Positions 37,801-47,650 of a stretch of 51,557 nt of DNA are shown here, in pieces. How positions within the stretch are numbered: position 1 is the stretch's first letter; every line of letters begins with the position of its first letter. The stretch comes from Candidatus Woesearchaeota archaeon CG10_big_fil_rev_8_21_14_0_10_36_11 (GTDB lineage Archaea; Nanobdellota; Nanobdellia; Woesearchaeales; GW2011-AR9). The notes under the pieces are model-generated. The model had not been told where the DNA came from. It did not search any database and worked only from the letters and a program-made list of their open reading frames with translations. The stretch lies in NCBI GenBank assembly GCA_002762845.1, contig PCYB01000066.1, positions 1-51,557 on the forward strand, given 5' to 3'. The position numbers and the translations under genes were made by a program.

Positions 37801-39744
37801 ATGACAACACATGACAACTCTGGAAATGATATAGGACCAATAAATGCTACTGCTGCACTTACTCCAGCAACTACTACTACTACTGTTGGTTCTGCTGCCA
37901 CTCCCGTTACTTCTACTCCTTCCGCTGCTTCTGCAGGTACTCCTGTTACTCCTGTTACTGATTGTCCGACCGGAATATGCCCATTACCAACACCGCCTCG
38001 AGACGACGATGAGTTATTCGATCTTCTTGATGATGCCGCGGCAGAACAAAGTTTGAGTGCATACAAACTTGTTCCCAATCCTTTAATAATTAGTAAGAGA
38101 TGTTTGGCTTTAGGCCATATGATTGGCGAAATAACGCGAGATGTTGACGGCGAGGGAGTGGGAAAAGGAAAAGGTCGAAACTTAGAAGTTGGCGGTTTTT
38201 ATCTTATTGACGGTGGAGACGATACATTTACTTTATGCGATTTTATCGTTCCAAACGACCTTCCCGTATCGCAAGGAAATATTGTTGTTGCAGAGCAATT
38301 TCCTATGGCTGGACTTGAACTACGGACACACAACGAAACTCAAGGAACAGACCTACGTATGGCAGCAATGTTTCATATCCACCCTACACTTGTTGGTGGG
38401 TTAGCTCATAGTTCTGCAGACGATGCTGCTCTTACGAGTCTAGTTAATAAAATGAAGGGGGCGACAGAACGATCGTATCCAGAACCATTTAGACTTATAG
38501 ATCGGTTGGCTGATAAAGTAAAGGAATACACACCTGAGGGCCAGATTATCAAAGGCGATGCGTTCAAAGATGTTGTACAAAAATTTATATTTCCTAACGA
38601 TGGAGCGTTCTACGCATTGTTACAACATTTTGGATTTCATCCGGATAAAAAATATTTCCAGAAACAAGAATTTTTAGCTCGGCTCCTTGACACTGTTGAC
38701 ATTTCTCTTGAAGAACCAAGAGTTGTTCATTTCGCGGCAAGTTTTGTGTTTAATTATACTACAAATGGGCCTTTTGTTAAAATGGGTATTGGTGAACGTC
38801 GACTCTTTACGGGAGAAAAACCAATAGTGTACACATCAGATGTTCCTCTTCAAGTTATTGATTTGGGAGAACCAATGCCAACAGAAGCAGAAGTTGCACA
38901 ATTAGTACGTGAAAGGATACGCTTTCCACCTCGACCAAAAGTATTTACAAGAACTAGAAGTAAATCTGCAAGAGGCGGTGGTTCTAGTTTACCCACGGGA
39001 TATCCTCCCGATGCCACGAGTTATCAGTCTCATGGCGACACATGGAGACAACAATGGGGTCCAGTTCAACCCACTTCTCCTTGGCTACAAGGTCAAGGTG
39101 CCTCTAATGCGTCAGGCGGTCCAGTAACTCCAAAAAGACAAACTGACGATAAAGTTACAGATAAAAACTATCGTTTGACCGAGATTGCAGATTTGTTTAC
39201 ATTAGCTGCACATTCTTATGTTCTCGAATGGCGACACGATGACTGTAAGTTTTCTGAATACCTTGACGATGTATTAACTTCAATAGACCGTTTCTCTCTT
39301 CAACAAGGATATGGGGTTTCTACCATTTCTGGAGGTACGAGACAACCGTCGCCCGTTTTTGGTTTTCGTGAAGCTGTAAAATATACTGGTCCAATTAGTG
39401 ATGATCCTTTGAAAGAAGTATTTACGCCACGATTTGCTTTCTATCACGCGAGTGGAGTTGCCAAATGTATCTCTGCAGGACTTAAAGAAAATCCTGATGA
39501 TAATGCGACTATTCAGTTCATGTTTAGGTTTATTTATGGTAGTACAGACTCACGGAATACAGCCTTACAAAGATATGTTACACAAGTTGCAGGGGAATAT
39601 GTTCCTTTACCGCAAAGTTTAGAACAAATTGAACCTACTGCTCACGTGCTTGGCACTCAAGAATTGTCAGATTTAAGCCTTACAACAATATATAATGGTG
39701 CACTAGACGATTTAGGTGATTCAACGGATAAAAATGAAGAATAA
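37801..39744 (+). CDS. JAB/MPN+ (JAMM) metalloprotease-domain protein
   Basis: NLEVGGF (catalytic Glu)...MFHIHP-x8-SSADD (HxH...SxxD); Thr/Pro-rich N-terminus; unknown C-terminal domain. Confidence 0.8.
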   Translation: MTTHDNSGNDIGPINATAALTPATTTTTVGSAATPVTSTPSAASAGTPVTPVTDCPTGICPLPTPPRDDDELFDLLDDAAAEQSLSAYKLVPNPLIISKRCLALGHMIGEITRDVDGEGVGKGKGRNLEVGGFYLIDGGDDTFTLCDFIVPNDLPVSQGNIVVAEQFPMAGLELRTHNETQGTDLRMAAMFHIHPTLVGGLAHSSADDAALTSLVNKMKGATERSYPEPFRLIDRLADKVKEYTPEGQIIKGDAFKDVVQKFIFPNDGAFYALLQHFGFHPDKKYFQKQEFLARLLDTVDISLEEPRVVHFAASFVFNYTTNGPFVKMGIGERRLFTGEKPIVYTSDVPLQVIDLGEPMPTEAEVAQLVRERIRFPPRPKVFTRTRSKSARGGGSSLPTGYPPDATSYQSHGDTWRQQWGPVQPTSPWLQGQGASNASGGPVTPKRQTDDKVTDKNYRLTEIADLFTLAAHSYVLEWRHDDCKFSEYLDDVLTSIDRFSLQQGYGVSTISGGTRQPSPVFGFREAVKYTGPISDDPLKEVFTPRFAFYHASGVAKCISAGLKENPDDNATIQFMFRFIYGSTDSRNTALQRYVTQVAGEYVPLPQSLEQIEPTAHVLGTQELSDLSLTTIYNGALDDLGDSTDKNEE

Positions 39745-39786
39745 AAAACAAAAAAAAGAATAATAAGAAACAACAACATTACTACA

Positions 39787-41340
39787 ATGACAAACGCTGA
39801 CACTCTTGTAATCGAAGAAGAACGGTATGACAGACAGAAATTGCTCTGGGGTGATGCTGGTCAAGATAGACTTAAGAATGCACGAGTGTCCGTTATAGGA
39901 TTAGATTTTCAGGGAAAATACGTTGCACTTTGTCTTGCAGCTCTTGGTGTTGGTAATGTAGTTCTTATTGATGGCAAAAATACAATCGAAGAAGAGGAAC
40001 GTGGCACATTTATGGGTACTCCCGTTTCCCATGGTTCTCGAGCATTAGCATATGCAGAACTTCTTCGTCGTGTTAATCCTCAAATACGCGTTGAAGGATA
40101 TCCAACAGACTTAGTTTCACGAATTGATCAAGATACATTAACTGGTTCAACAGTTATTGTTGATGCAACAAATATGGTTACATCAAAAAGAAATGCAATC
40201 CTGTTTGGTCATGAACATCATATCCCTGTGTTAAGTACATCTTCCCAATGGGGATATACAAAACTTGTACGGTGCGATTCCGAATCTCATGATCTAGCAT
40301 ATCTTATGCCTATGTTTGAAGGAAATGAGCAGGACGAATTAATGGCATTACTTATGTGCGGTGTTACGACTGAAGAAGTTCGTAAACTTATCTTTAATGA
40401 TAAAGATATTCTGCAAAAACCAGTTAGATACCGGCTTGGCGACGGATATCGTTTTGGATTCCCGAAAGAAGGAGAAATGGCTCCTCGACCTGATGCGACT
40501 AAATACGCTGATCTTCGTGTTGCATTCCTTGGCGCAGGCGCTATTGGATGTTGGGGCGCGATTGCTGCAGCAAAAATGGGCATTGACCGTGTTGACGTGT
40601 TTGATTACGATACGTTTGATTCAACAAATATTAACAGACAGGTATTAGGTTTTGACGGTGTTGGAGAACTGAAAGCAGTTCATATTGCAAAAAAGATTGT
40701 GGAAATGAGTTTAGGGAGAACACACTCTGATGGATTTAACGTAAAGATTCTTCCTGGATTTGAAACAGAACGGGAATATGATGTTGTATTCGACTTTGTT
40801 GATAATCCTTACACTCGTGCATTGAACACTGCACACGCAATTTCACATAATATACCAATGATAAGTTCAGGAGCACTTCCATATAGTGCGCGGTCAATAA
40901 CACAAGTTGCTGGAAAGACATTCTGTCAAGATTGTCTTTATCAGATTTATGATCGGGGTAGACAGGATGAAATGATTCGACGTGCAAGTTGTGCAGCCAA
41001 TCCTGACCCCTCGGTTGTCATGAGTAATGCTGTTGCAGGTGCACTTGCTGTACTTGAAATTTTTACGTTAGTTGAACCTGAAAAGTATGGGGTACCGTTC
41101 AGCGGAGAAATTATGTACCGTTCATCTGCTCCAACGAGGTTTGGTGCGGAGGGACTAACGGGTGCATGTGATTGTTATTCCAATCCTGTTCCGCAATTGG
41201 AAATATCGGATGAAGATGTTGCAGCATTTGCTAATGCAATTCCTCACGTACTTACGGGAGGATTAGTAGAAACTGAAAGAAAAGAAGGGAGAGGATTAGA
41301 AAGAGGATTAGAAGTGCTTACTGTTGAGCAACCAGAATGA
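39787..41340 (+). CDS. E1-like activating enzyme with tandem ThiF domains (inactive + active adenylation)
   Basis: Domain 1: RYDRQKLLWG with degenerate GLDFQG. Domain 2: GAGAIG, DYDTFDSTNINRQ, CQDC/CDC Zn ligands and RRASC(402). Confidence 0.9.
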   Translation: MTNADTLVIEEERYDRQKLLWGDAGQDRLKNARVSVIGLDFQGKYVALCLAALGVGNVVLIDGKNTIEEEERGTFMGTPVSHGSRALAYAELLRRVNPQIRVEGYPTDLVSRIDQDTLTGSTVIVDATNMVTSKRNAILFGHEHHIPVLSTSSQWGYTKLVRCDSESHDLAYLMPMFEGNEQDELMALLMCGVTTEEVRKLIFNDKDILQKPVRYRLGDGYRFGFPKEGEMAPRPDATKYADLRVAFLGAGAIGCWGAIAAAKMGIDRVDVFDYDTFDSTNINRQVLGFDGVGELKAVHIAKKIVEMSLGRTHSDGFNVKILPGFETEREYDVVFDFVDNPYTRALNTAHAISHNIPMISSGALPYSARSITQVAGKTFCQDCLYQIYDRGRQDEMIRRASCAANPDPSVVMSNAVAGALAVLEIFTLVEPEKYGVPFSGEIMYRSSAPTRFGAEGLTGACDCYSNPVPQLEISDEDVAAFANAIPHVLTGGLVETERKEGRGLERGLEVLTVEQPE

Positions 41341-41438
41341 AACTGTTAATGCCTCTAACAACCACAATAAAAAATTTCAAAAAATAAACACAATGTCCAA
41401 AAAAAATCACTTAACTATTCACATAAAAAATTAATACC

Positions 41439-44400
41439 ATGGCAGAAGAAATTATACAAATGTTAAAACTTAAAGAACAAGAAAGAACTAAAGAACTAGA
41501 AATACTTCCTATACTCGATATTCCTCCTGCACTTGATGACGATGACAGTTTTTTTGATGAAGATGACTTAGCAGATATGTTTAATCGCGCAAGTGAAACA
41601 AATCTTTTTGGTGAAGAAGAAGAGGTTGTTACTGTTGTCGCTCCTCCATATGATCCAGTTAAGAAAATAGCAGCTATTTTGGAACTGGATGATGGTCGTA
41701 CAAAAAGAGATCCAGTAACATTCAATCCTAATCCTGTTCGTAATATGGTTTTTAACGCGTTGACAAGGAATGTTCTTCCAACAACATTTAAGGGCAGTCC
41801 TTTGGATAGTGATGGGCCAGTTTCTGATTTAGCAAGCGGAATATTGGTAGCTGAAAGTGCACTACGCCATTTTTCTATAAAAGAAACTGTTGATGGTGCC
41901 AGTTCCGCAGAAGGATATTTCCAAGAGGTTTCATGGAATTTAGGTACGCGAATGCAAAGATTGTTAAATCTTGAACTTGAGACAATGGAAGAACTGGGAT
42001 TGACATTATTAGAACGAGCAGGGTATGCATTTAATGCTGCATCACTTCGATATATCGATCTAAAAACAGGAAGATTTTTCTCTCGCGAAAAAGTACTTGA
42101 TGACATAGAACAACTTACTCTTGTTACAAATCCTACATTTATGAAGCGTGTTGGAATATATTACAGTACTCTTGGAAAACGATATATAAATGCCAGAATA
42201 AAAAAGTTTGTTTCTCGTGAAAGTGCACGAGATATGTTAGAACTTGGCGGCTCCATTAGAATTGCATCAGAGCTTACACTTGAAGAATCTGTTCAAATAC
42301 ACGGTAGGAAAAGAGTTGTGGAAAGAACAGAAACGTATCAAGATGTATTCTTTGAAGGGTTTCATCCTGAGACTTCTATTGTCGCTGATACCGTTGCTCA
42401 TATTCTTACTGGATACGAAGACCGTTTACGCTACGTTACTTCCTTTGATGAACTTGCAGATTTAACAACACTTTGTCTTGGCATTGGTTTAGTTACTGAT
42501 GAAACAACTGCCCAAGCTTTACGTACCTATGCTCTTGATCATTCTGTTGATGCGAGAACACTACTTTTGCGAACGTTCGCTACTGTTGCACAGCAGGATG
42601 GTTTTTTTCAGGACATGAAAATTGATGATGTATTATCACGATACGAAATTGGTTTACACTCAAGAGCAACATATACAAAAAATATGGTCCGTGAACTGGA
42701 CGAGTTACGTGGAAGAACATTTAATTTTAACGTATTAGCAGAACAAATTGTGACACGGTTAGAAGAAGAAAAAGGAGTTGTCCTTTCACTTCCTTCAATT
42801 TACGGTGAAGACGATTTTGATAATTTTTGTACCAGAATTACCGACTTTAATGTCCCTCTGTATGAAATTGTTTCTGATGATACGTTCGGCGCTTTACGAG
42901 CACAGTACGGAAAGATTCAATATGAATTTGAACAAAGTGATGTTAGAGCAAAAAAAGCTCGTGATGCCGTTCCTGTGGGCCATTCCTCATTAGGAGAAAA
43001 AGTGTTACAACAATTACACAGAAAGTACGGGCTTGATGTGGAACAAAGACAATTTGAATCCTATGAAGTATATAAAGAACAATCTGCAGAATTAATACAA
43101 GTTGTAAGGGGAATAATTCAAAAAACATTGGATGATGTTGTTACAGTTATTCCAAAAAAGTTAGGCGTTGACGTTCGTGTTAAATCTCTTGGTCCTATAA
43201 AAAGAAGAATAAGATATCTTCACGGGGGAGAAATCCATGACGTGCCTATTGGAAGCACAGGTACAGTTACAGGAATAAGAAAAGAAGGAACTTACACTAC
43301 TATCTTTGTTGCATTTGACCATCGTACTCATCACACTGATTGGTATACAGATCCTAAAGAGTTAGAGATTATTGCTAGTGATACTATTCCTTCTGAATTA
43401 CGTGGCGTTCTTAAAGAATTTGACGGCGATACTGAACGTGCTGCTGCCAGTATTATTAGCTCACTTGAACAGGAGATTAATTATGTATATCGAGAACAAG
43501 AGTTTAGAAGAATTAATGATGAACATATTGCACAACAAAAAGTAATCGCTGCAAAAATGTCCACTCTCTTTTTTGATAATGGAAAAAGAGTTATGCGAAC
43601 ATTTAGGGCATTAGGAATTGGGGAGTACAAGTCTAGAGAAACCAACACTCATCGTGTTCCTTTGGGAACTATTGGGCTTCCTGAGAGATACACCGGCGAC
43701 GGTTTTTTTGATGTTACATTTCCAATTCGAGACAGAAGAGGAAAGATTCATATTGATGAAATGCAACTTTTACGAAAAGTAGATGTTTCACCACGGTCAA
43801 TGATCGGTGCCCGTGCTCAAATTACTCAAGAAACAAATGAGGGAGATTATAAACTGGGAAGTTGGGGTATAGTAACTGGCACAGATGGAATTTCCCTGAG
43901 AGTACAATTTAAACATATTGAAGGAAAAGAGACTCAAGACGATTTACCTTGTGTATGGATACGTAGTCGGTATCTTACACTTAAATATGACGATATTGAA
44001 TGGAGAAAAACAGTTAATAAAACAACAAACAATCTCTTTGACAGTATTGAACAGACTGTACGTGATGTCCAGCGTGAATATAAACAGGTACAAAATCGCA
44101 AACGTGAATTAGTTGAATTAGGAGTGTCTCACTTCCGTGCAATAGGTATTGAAGATACAATCATACATATTCTTTTTGAGGATTGTCTTACCAATGAGGA
44201 TTTTGTGACGTATGTAAATAATGGTCTTCTTTCATCAGAAAGTGTGTTCGACGAAATTGAGACTGAACTAGATAGTTTAGGCGGCGAAGAGGAATATAGT
44301 GGTTTAGCTACTAAAATTAAAACTCAAGTTCAAGAAAAGATGGGACTCATATGGAGCGATACAACAGAAATTACTGGCGAAGAAACATATCAAACATTTA

Positions 44401-45158
44401 AAGATACACTTGTTGAATCGATAGTACAGAGGGGGTATATTATTTCAAAAGAAGGTACTGCAATCCCTAAAACTATCAAAAAGAGAACTCCCGTTCTTTT
44501 TGTAAAGGGATATGATGGAATTCCGGAAGGATCTTTTGGAATATTTAAAGAGTGGTGTGAAGGTGTGGGAGGGAACAATGTTCATGTTGATGGAACAACG
44601 AATGGGAACAATTGTTGTATCCCTAAAAATTGCTTAGTAACTGATGTCGTTCCTCTATTTACTTTACGTGATAACATTGATGATCTTACAAAAGGTGCAT
44701 ACAAAAGAGGCGTTAAAGTACGGCTCAGGATGGACAGCCAGTATGCATATCAACATGCAGGTGTTGGAGTTCTTGAAGAAGATTTAGAAGGAGAGGATAC
44801 AGAATATTATGGAGATGTATGTTTTGAAGGCGGGTACGTTAATGCATACAGAATAAAAGATTTAGAACTTGTCAATCCTCAAGATGTGTTACAGGGAAAA
44901 CAATTGCAATTGTATCAAAAAGCAATGCAAGAAAGAGAAACAAGAAAAGAAGAAATCCGGCGTGGTGTTGAATCAATAATTCAGGAAATAGAACGGGAAC
45001 GTAATCAACGCTATCAGAAAGTGCACGACTTATCTGTTGCTGTCCGAGACGAGTTACGGTCGTTTGGAAAAACAGACACAGAGATATACGAAGTATTTGA
45101 ACAACACATTTCTGAAACTTCTTACTTAACATACCGAGGAATATTAGATGTTGCATAA
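41439..45158 (+). CDS. Large repeat protein with ~5 SH3-like (MIB/HERC2-like) modules and helical linkers
   Basis: 1239-aa ORF; repeats such as VPIGSTGTVTGI...FVAF...WYTDPKELE and GVKVRLRMDSQYAYQ...VCFEGGYVNAYRIKDL. Confidence 0.6.
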   Translation: MAEEIIQMLKLKEQERTKELEILPILDIPPALDDDDSFFDEDDLADMFNRASETNLFGEEEEVVTVVAPPYDPVKKIAAILELDDGRTKRDPVTFNPNPVRNMVFNALTRNVLPTTFKGSPLDSDGPVSDLASGILVAESALRHFSIKETVDGASSAEGYFQEVSWNLGTRMQRLLNLELETMEELGLTLLERAGYAFNAASLRYIDLKTGRFFSREKVLDDIEQLTLVTNPTFMKRVGIYYSTLGKRYINARIKKFVSRESARDMLELGGSIRIASELTLEESVQIHGRKRVVERTETYQDVFFEGFHPETSIVADTVAHILTGYEDRLRYVTSFDELADLTTLCLGIGLVTDETTAQALRTYALDHSVDARTLLLRTFATVAQQDGFFQDMKIDDVLSRYEIGLHSRATYTKNMVRELDELRGRTFNFNVLAEQIVTRLEEEKGVVLSLPSIYGEDDFDNFCTRITDFNVPLYEIVSDDTFGALRAQYGKIQYEFEQSDVRAKKARDAVPVGHSSLGEKVLQQLHRKYGLDVEQRQFESYEVYKEQSAELIQVVRGIIQKTLDDVVTVIPKKLGVDVRVKSLGPIKRRIRYLHGGEIHDVPIGSTGTVTGIRKEGTYTTIFVAFDHRTHHTDWYTDPKELEIIASDTIPSELRGVLKEFDGDTERAAASIISSLEQEINYVYREQEFRRINDEHIAQQKVIAAKMSTLFFDNGKRVMRTFRALGIGEYKSRETNTHRVPLGTIGLPERYTGDGFFDVTFPIRDRRGKIHIDEMQLLRKVDVSPRSMIGARAQITQETNEGDYKLGSWGIVTGTDGISLRVQFKHIEGKETQDDLPCVWIRSRYLTLKYDDIEWRKTVNKTTNNLFDSIEQTVRDVQREYKQVQNRKRELVELGVSHFRAIGIEDTIIHILFEDCLTNEDFVTYVNNGLLSSESVFDEIETELDSLGGEEEYSGLATKIKTQVQEKMGLIWSDTTEITGEETYQTFKDTLVESIVQRGYIISKEGTAIPKTIKKRTPVLFVKGYDGIPEGSFGIFKEWCEGVGGNNVHVDGTTNGNNCCIPKNCLVTDVVPLFTLRDNIDDLTKGAYKRGVKVRLRMDSQYAYQHAGVGVLEEDLEGEDTEYYGDVCFEGGYVNAYRIKDLELVNPQDVLQGKQLQLYQKAMQERETRKEEIRRGVESIIQEIERERNQRYQKVHDLSVAVRDELRSFGKTDTEIYEVFEQHISETSYLTYRGILDVA

Positions 45159-45179
45159 TACTATAAGGTGAAATATTAA

Positions 45180-47612
45180 ATGACACAAAAAACTGTTATC
45201 TCAACGGCAACTAGCGTAAATCTCACAGAAAGTACTATTCCTAACACTCCTCCTGATATCTTTGCACCATTACTAAAGACTGTGTACCAACTTGTAGCAC
45301 GGGATTATATTGATACCATTTTTTATTTATTAGGCGATACACCCTCTCGCGTACAGTTAGCTTCTCAAATTCCTAACATTCATACAGATGCAGACTTTGC
45401 CACTTTTTTATCTTCATTACCTTCGGCAACAGAACTTGCCGACATTGTAAAGCAAGACATTCGTGCTGAGTACGCAACGCTTGATACTGTTCTTGCAGAA
45501 AACGAAACACGACGTGCAACTGCATTGGCCGGTGCACAGATAGACTTTTCTGAATACGTTCCCGTATTACTTGAAGCAATAAATCGTCAATTACAAGTTT
45601 CACTTCCTTCTCCTAAAAGAGGTATAACTACCAAGGACGGTTTTGATACTTACCGAAGTACATTGGAAGGCCACGTATCTGATGCTATCACTGCAAAACT
45701 TACTTCTCCTTTTGGAAACGGTATGCGTATCGGCGATATTCTTACTGTAACGCGAATGTCAGGTCTTACTATTGACGATGATGGTGAGATGGCAGATGAG
45801 TTTCATTATGGTGGAAACCAAGACGATATTCCTCTTGGTCTTGAGGGCGAACTTGTCAATATCATTGGAAAAGATTCCGTTTTCGTTCGTTTTACTCGTG
45901 ATGGCGACGTAAAAGAATGGCAATTTTATCCCGACGAAATTACAAGTACTGGCAGAAATACGTACCAGGAATATCTTACCAAATTTGGTGGCGATGTAGG
46001 CCAAGCAGCCTCAACAGTTATTGCTACTGCTGAATTTCGTCTTATTTCTGAATATCTTCAAAGAGCACAAGAACGAGTTAATAACGTATTTGATGCAAAT
46101 GTTAGTTACATTTCAGATAGTATCCGAAGACGGTTTGCTCTTACCGACGATCAACTTACTGCCCTTGTTGCTGGTGATGACTTTGAGTACACCATTGACG
46201 ATGTAAAAGAAGGCGGACAAGTTGTCATTCCATTTGAAAGGTTGGCAGTCTTAGCATATCGGGCTTTAACTCACAAACTTGGTAAAGACACGAAACGTCC
46301 AAATCAGAGAATTGTAAGCGAAGCCGATTTTAGGCGTTTTATATCTGATTCAGCAATAAAATTGCGTGCAGGTGAAGATACATTCGATTTAGTTAAAGAA
46401 CAAATGAAAACTCTTGCAGTTTTACTCGAAAAAGAATATAGTGTTGTTGGCAGAAGGATGGTCCAGGAGAGTAAAGAAACACAACTAGGACGGGTTTTAG
46501 ATTTAGCAATTGAATCTTGGATTGATAGAGAACATCAAAGTGGTTGTTTAGGCGTCAAATATTCGTTTGATAGGGCATTATTGTACAATGATAGAAAAGT
46601 ATACACTGCTGAACCTTTCTCACCGCCATCAGAGGAGCTACATAGAGTTATCAAACTAGAAATGGGAAATGGTTGTAGTTATGCTAAATGCACGTATTGT
46701 ACAGAATATGGGCAGGCACGTTTCTTTTTACGGTCTCCTGACGACTTTAAAGATCATGTGCAGGAAGTAAAAAGAAAATTAGGAAGAGACATTAAGAATG
46801 TTGAAAGAGTATTTTTGGCTGGAGGGAGTATCCTATCTATTCCAACTAAAATACTTATTCAATATGTTGATATTGCCAGGAAGGCATTTCATAATCAACG
46901 AACAGATGGAGACAGAACGTATATTAGACGAATTGCTGCGTTTACGCGAACAGAAGGGCTAGCACGGAAGTCAGTACAAGAATTGGACGAACTGGTTAGT
47001 CATGGACTTAATATGGTTTTCTGGGGTATTGAAACGGGCGCTGATTCTGTTTTACAGTATGTTAACAAGGGAATTACTCACGACGAAATGATTGCTGCCG
47101 GATCAAAAATGCCACATACTCGAATGGAAGTTTCAACGATGGTAATGACTGGTCTTGGTGGACTTAAACATTATGAGAATCATGTTGTTCAAACTGCTAA
47201 ATTATTAAATGCTCTTCAGCCGCGATATATAACGTTTATGACGATAAATGCTCAACCTCATTCAATGTATGCTCATATCATGGCAGGAGAACAGGCTCGG
47301 GGAGAAAATATGCCCCTTACACCAGAGATGGTAGTCGAACAAATGTATGATATCGTGAGTCTTATTGACCCAAGATTATGGTCTGGTCGTCGTTGTTTAG
47401 TCGCTGCGTATCAATTACCTGTAGAACGAATTGCTGAAAATCCTGTACAATTTCGTGGCAGGTTAGAATATAATGACAAAACTACAATTTTGAGAGGGTT
47501 ACAAGATTACTTTACACGTGGTAGGACACCCAGTGAACTTGTTCCTGTAGCAGAATTTAATCAGAAAAGTCCTTTGAGAAGAATGGTGGTGGGAGACACT
47601 CCGATTGAATAA
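45180..47612 (+). CDS. Radical SAM enzyme with ~480-aa N-terminal region containing an SH3-like module
   Basis: PPSE...GCSYAKCTYC (CX4CX2C), VFLAGG, GIETG and GLGG motifs; N-terminal IPLGLEGELVNI...VFVRF...WQFYPDEI. Confidence 0.88.
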   Translation: MTQKTVISTATSVNLTESTIPNTPPDIFAPLLKTVYQLVARDYIDTIFYLLGDTPSRVQLASQIPNIHTDADFATFLSSLPSATELADIVKQDIRAEYATLDTVLAENETRRATALAGAQIDFSEYVPVLLEAINRQLQVSLPSPKRGITTKDGFDTYRSTLEGHVSDAITAKLTSPFGNGMRIGDILTVTRMSGLTIDDDGEMADEFHYGGNQDDIPLGLEGELVNIIGKDSVFVRFTRDGDVKEWQFYPDEITSTGRNTYQEYLTKFGGDVGQAASTVIATAEFRLISEYLQRAQERVNNVFDANVSYISDSIRRRFALTDDQLTALVAGDDFEYTIDDVKEGGQVVIPFERLAVLAYRALTHKLGKDTKRPNQRIVSEADFRRFISDSAIKLRAGEDTFDLVKEQMKTLAVLLEKEYSVVGRRMVQESKETQLGRVLDLAIESWIDREHQSGCLGVKYSFDRALLYNDRKVYTAEPFSPPSEELHRVIKLEMGNGCSYAKCTYCTEYGQARFFLRSPDDFKDHVQEVKRKLGRDIKNVERVFLAGGSILSIPTKILIQYVDIARKAFHNQRTDGDRTYIRRIAAFTRTEGLARKSVQELDELVSHGLNMVFWGIETGADSVLQYVNKGITHDEMIAAGSKMPHTRMEVSTMVMTGLGGLKHYENHVVQTAKLLNALQPRYITFMTINAQPHSMYAHIMAGEQARGENMPLTPEMVVEQMYDIVSLIDPRLWSGRRCLVAAYQLPVERIAENPVQFRGRLEYNDKTTILRGLQDYFTRGRTPSELVPVAEFNQKSPLRRMVVGDTPIE

Positions 47613-47650
47613 AGTTTATAGATCAAGAATCGGAACAGTTACATGGGAAA

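Noticed and set aside
37845..37960. ACT/CCTGTTACT tandem repeats as a CRISPR or DNA-level repeat element
   Set aside because: In-frame low-complexity coding sequence for a Thr/Pro linker; no repeat-spacer periodicity seen anywhere in the window.
30955..41340. Ordinary thiamine/molybdopterin/tRNA-thiolation or SUF operon
   Set aside because: No ThiG/ThiI/MoaE/NcsA/SufBCD and no small GG-ending carrier; an E2-like gene and a two-domain E1 do not fit.
41411..42106. 231-aa antisense ORF (also 21560..22144, 37704..38078 and other short shadow ORFs)
   Set aside because: They lie fully opposite long, motif-bearing genes and have Ser-rich or low-complexity shadow composition.
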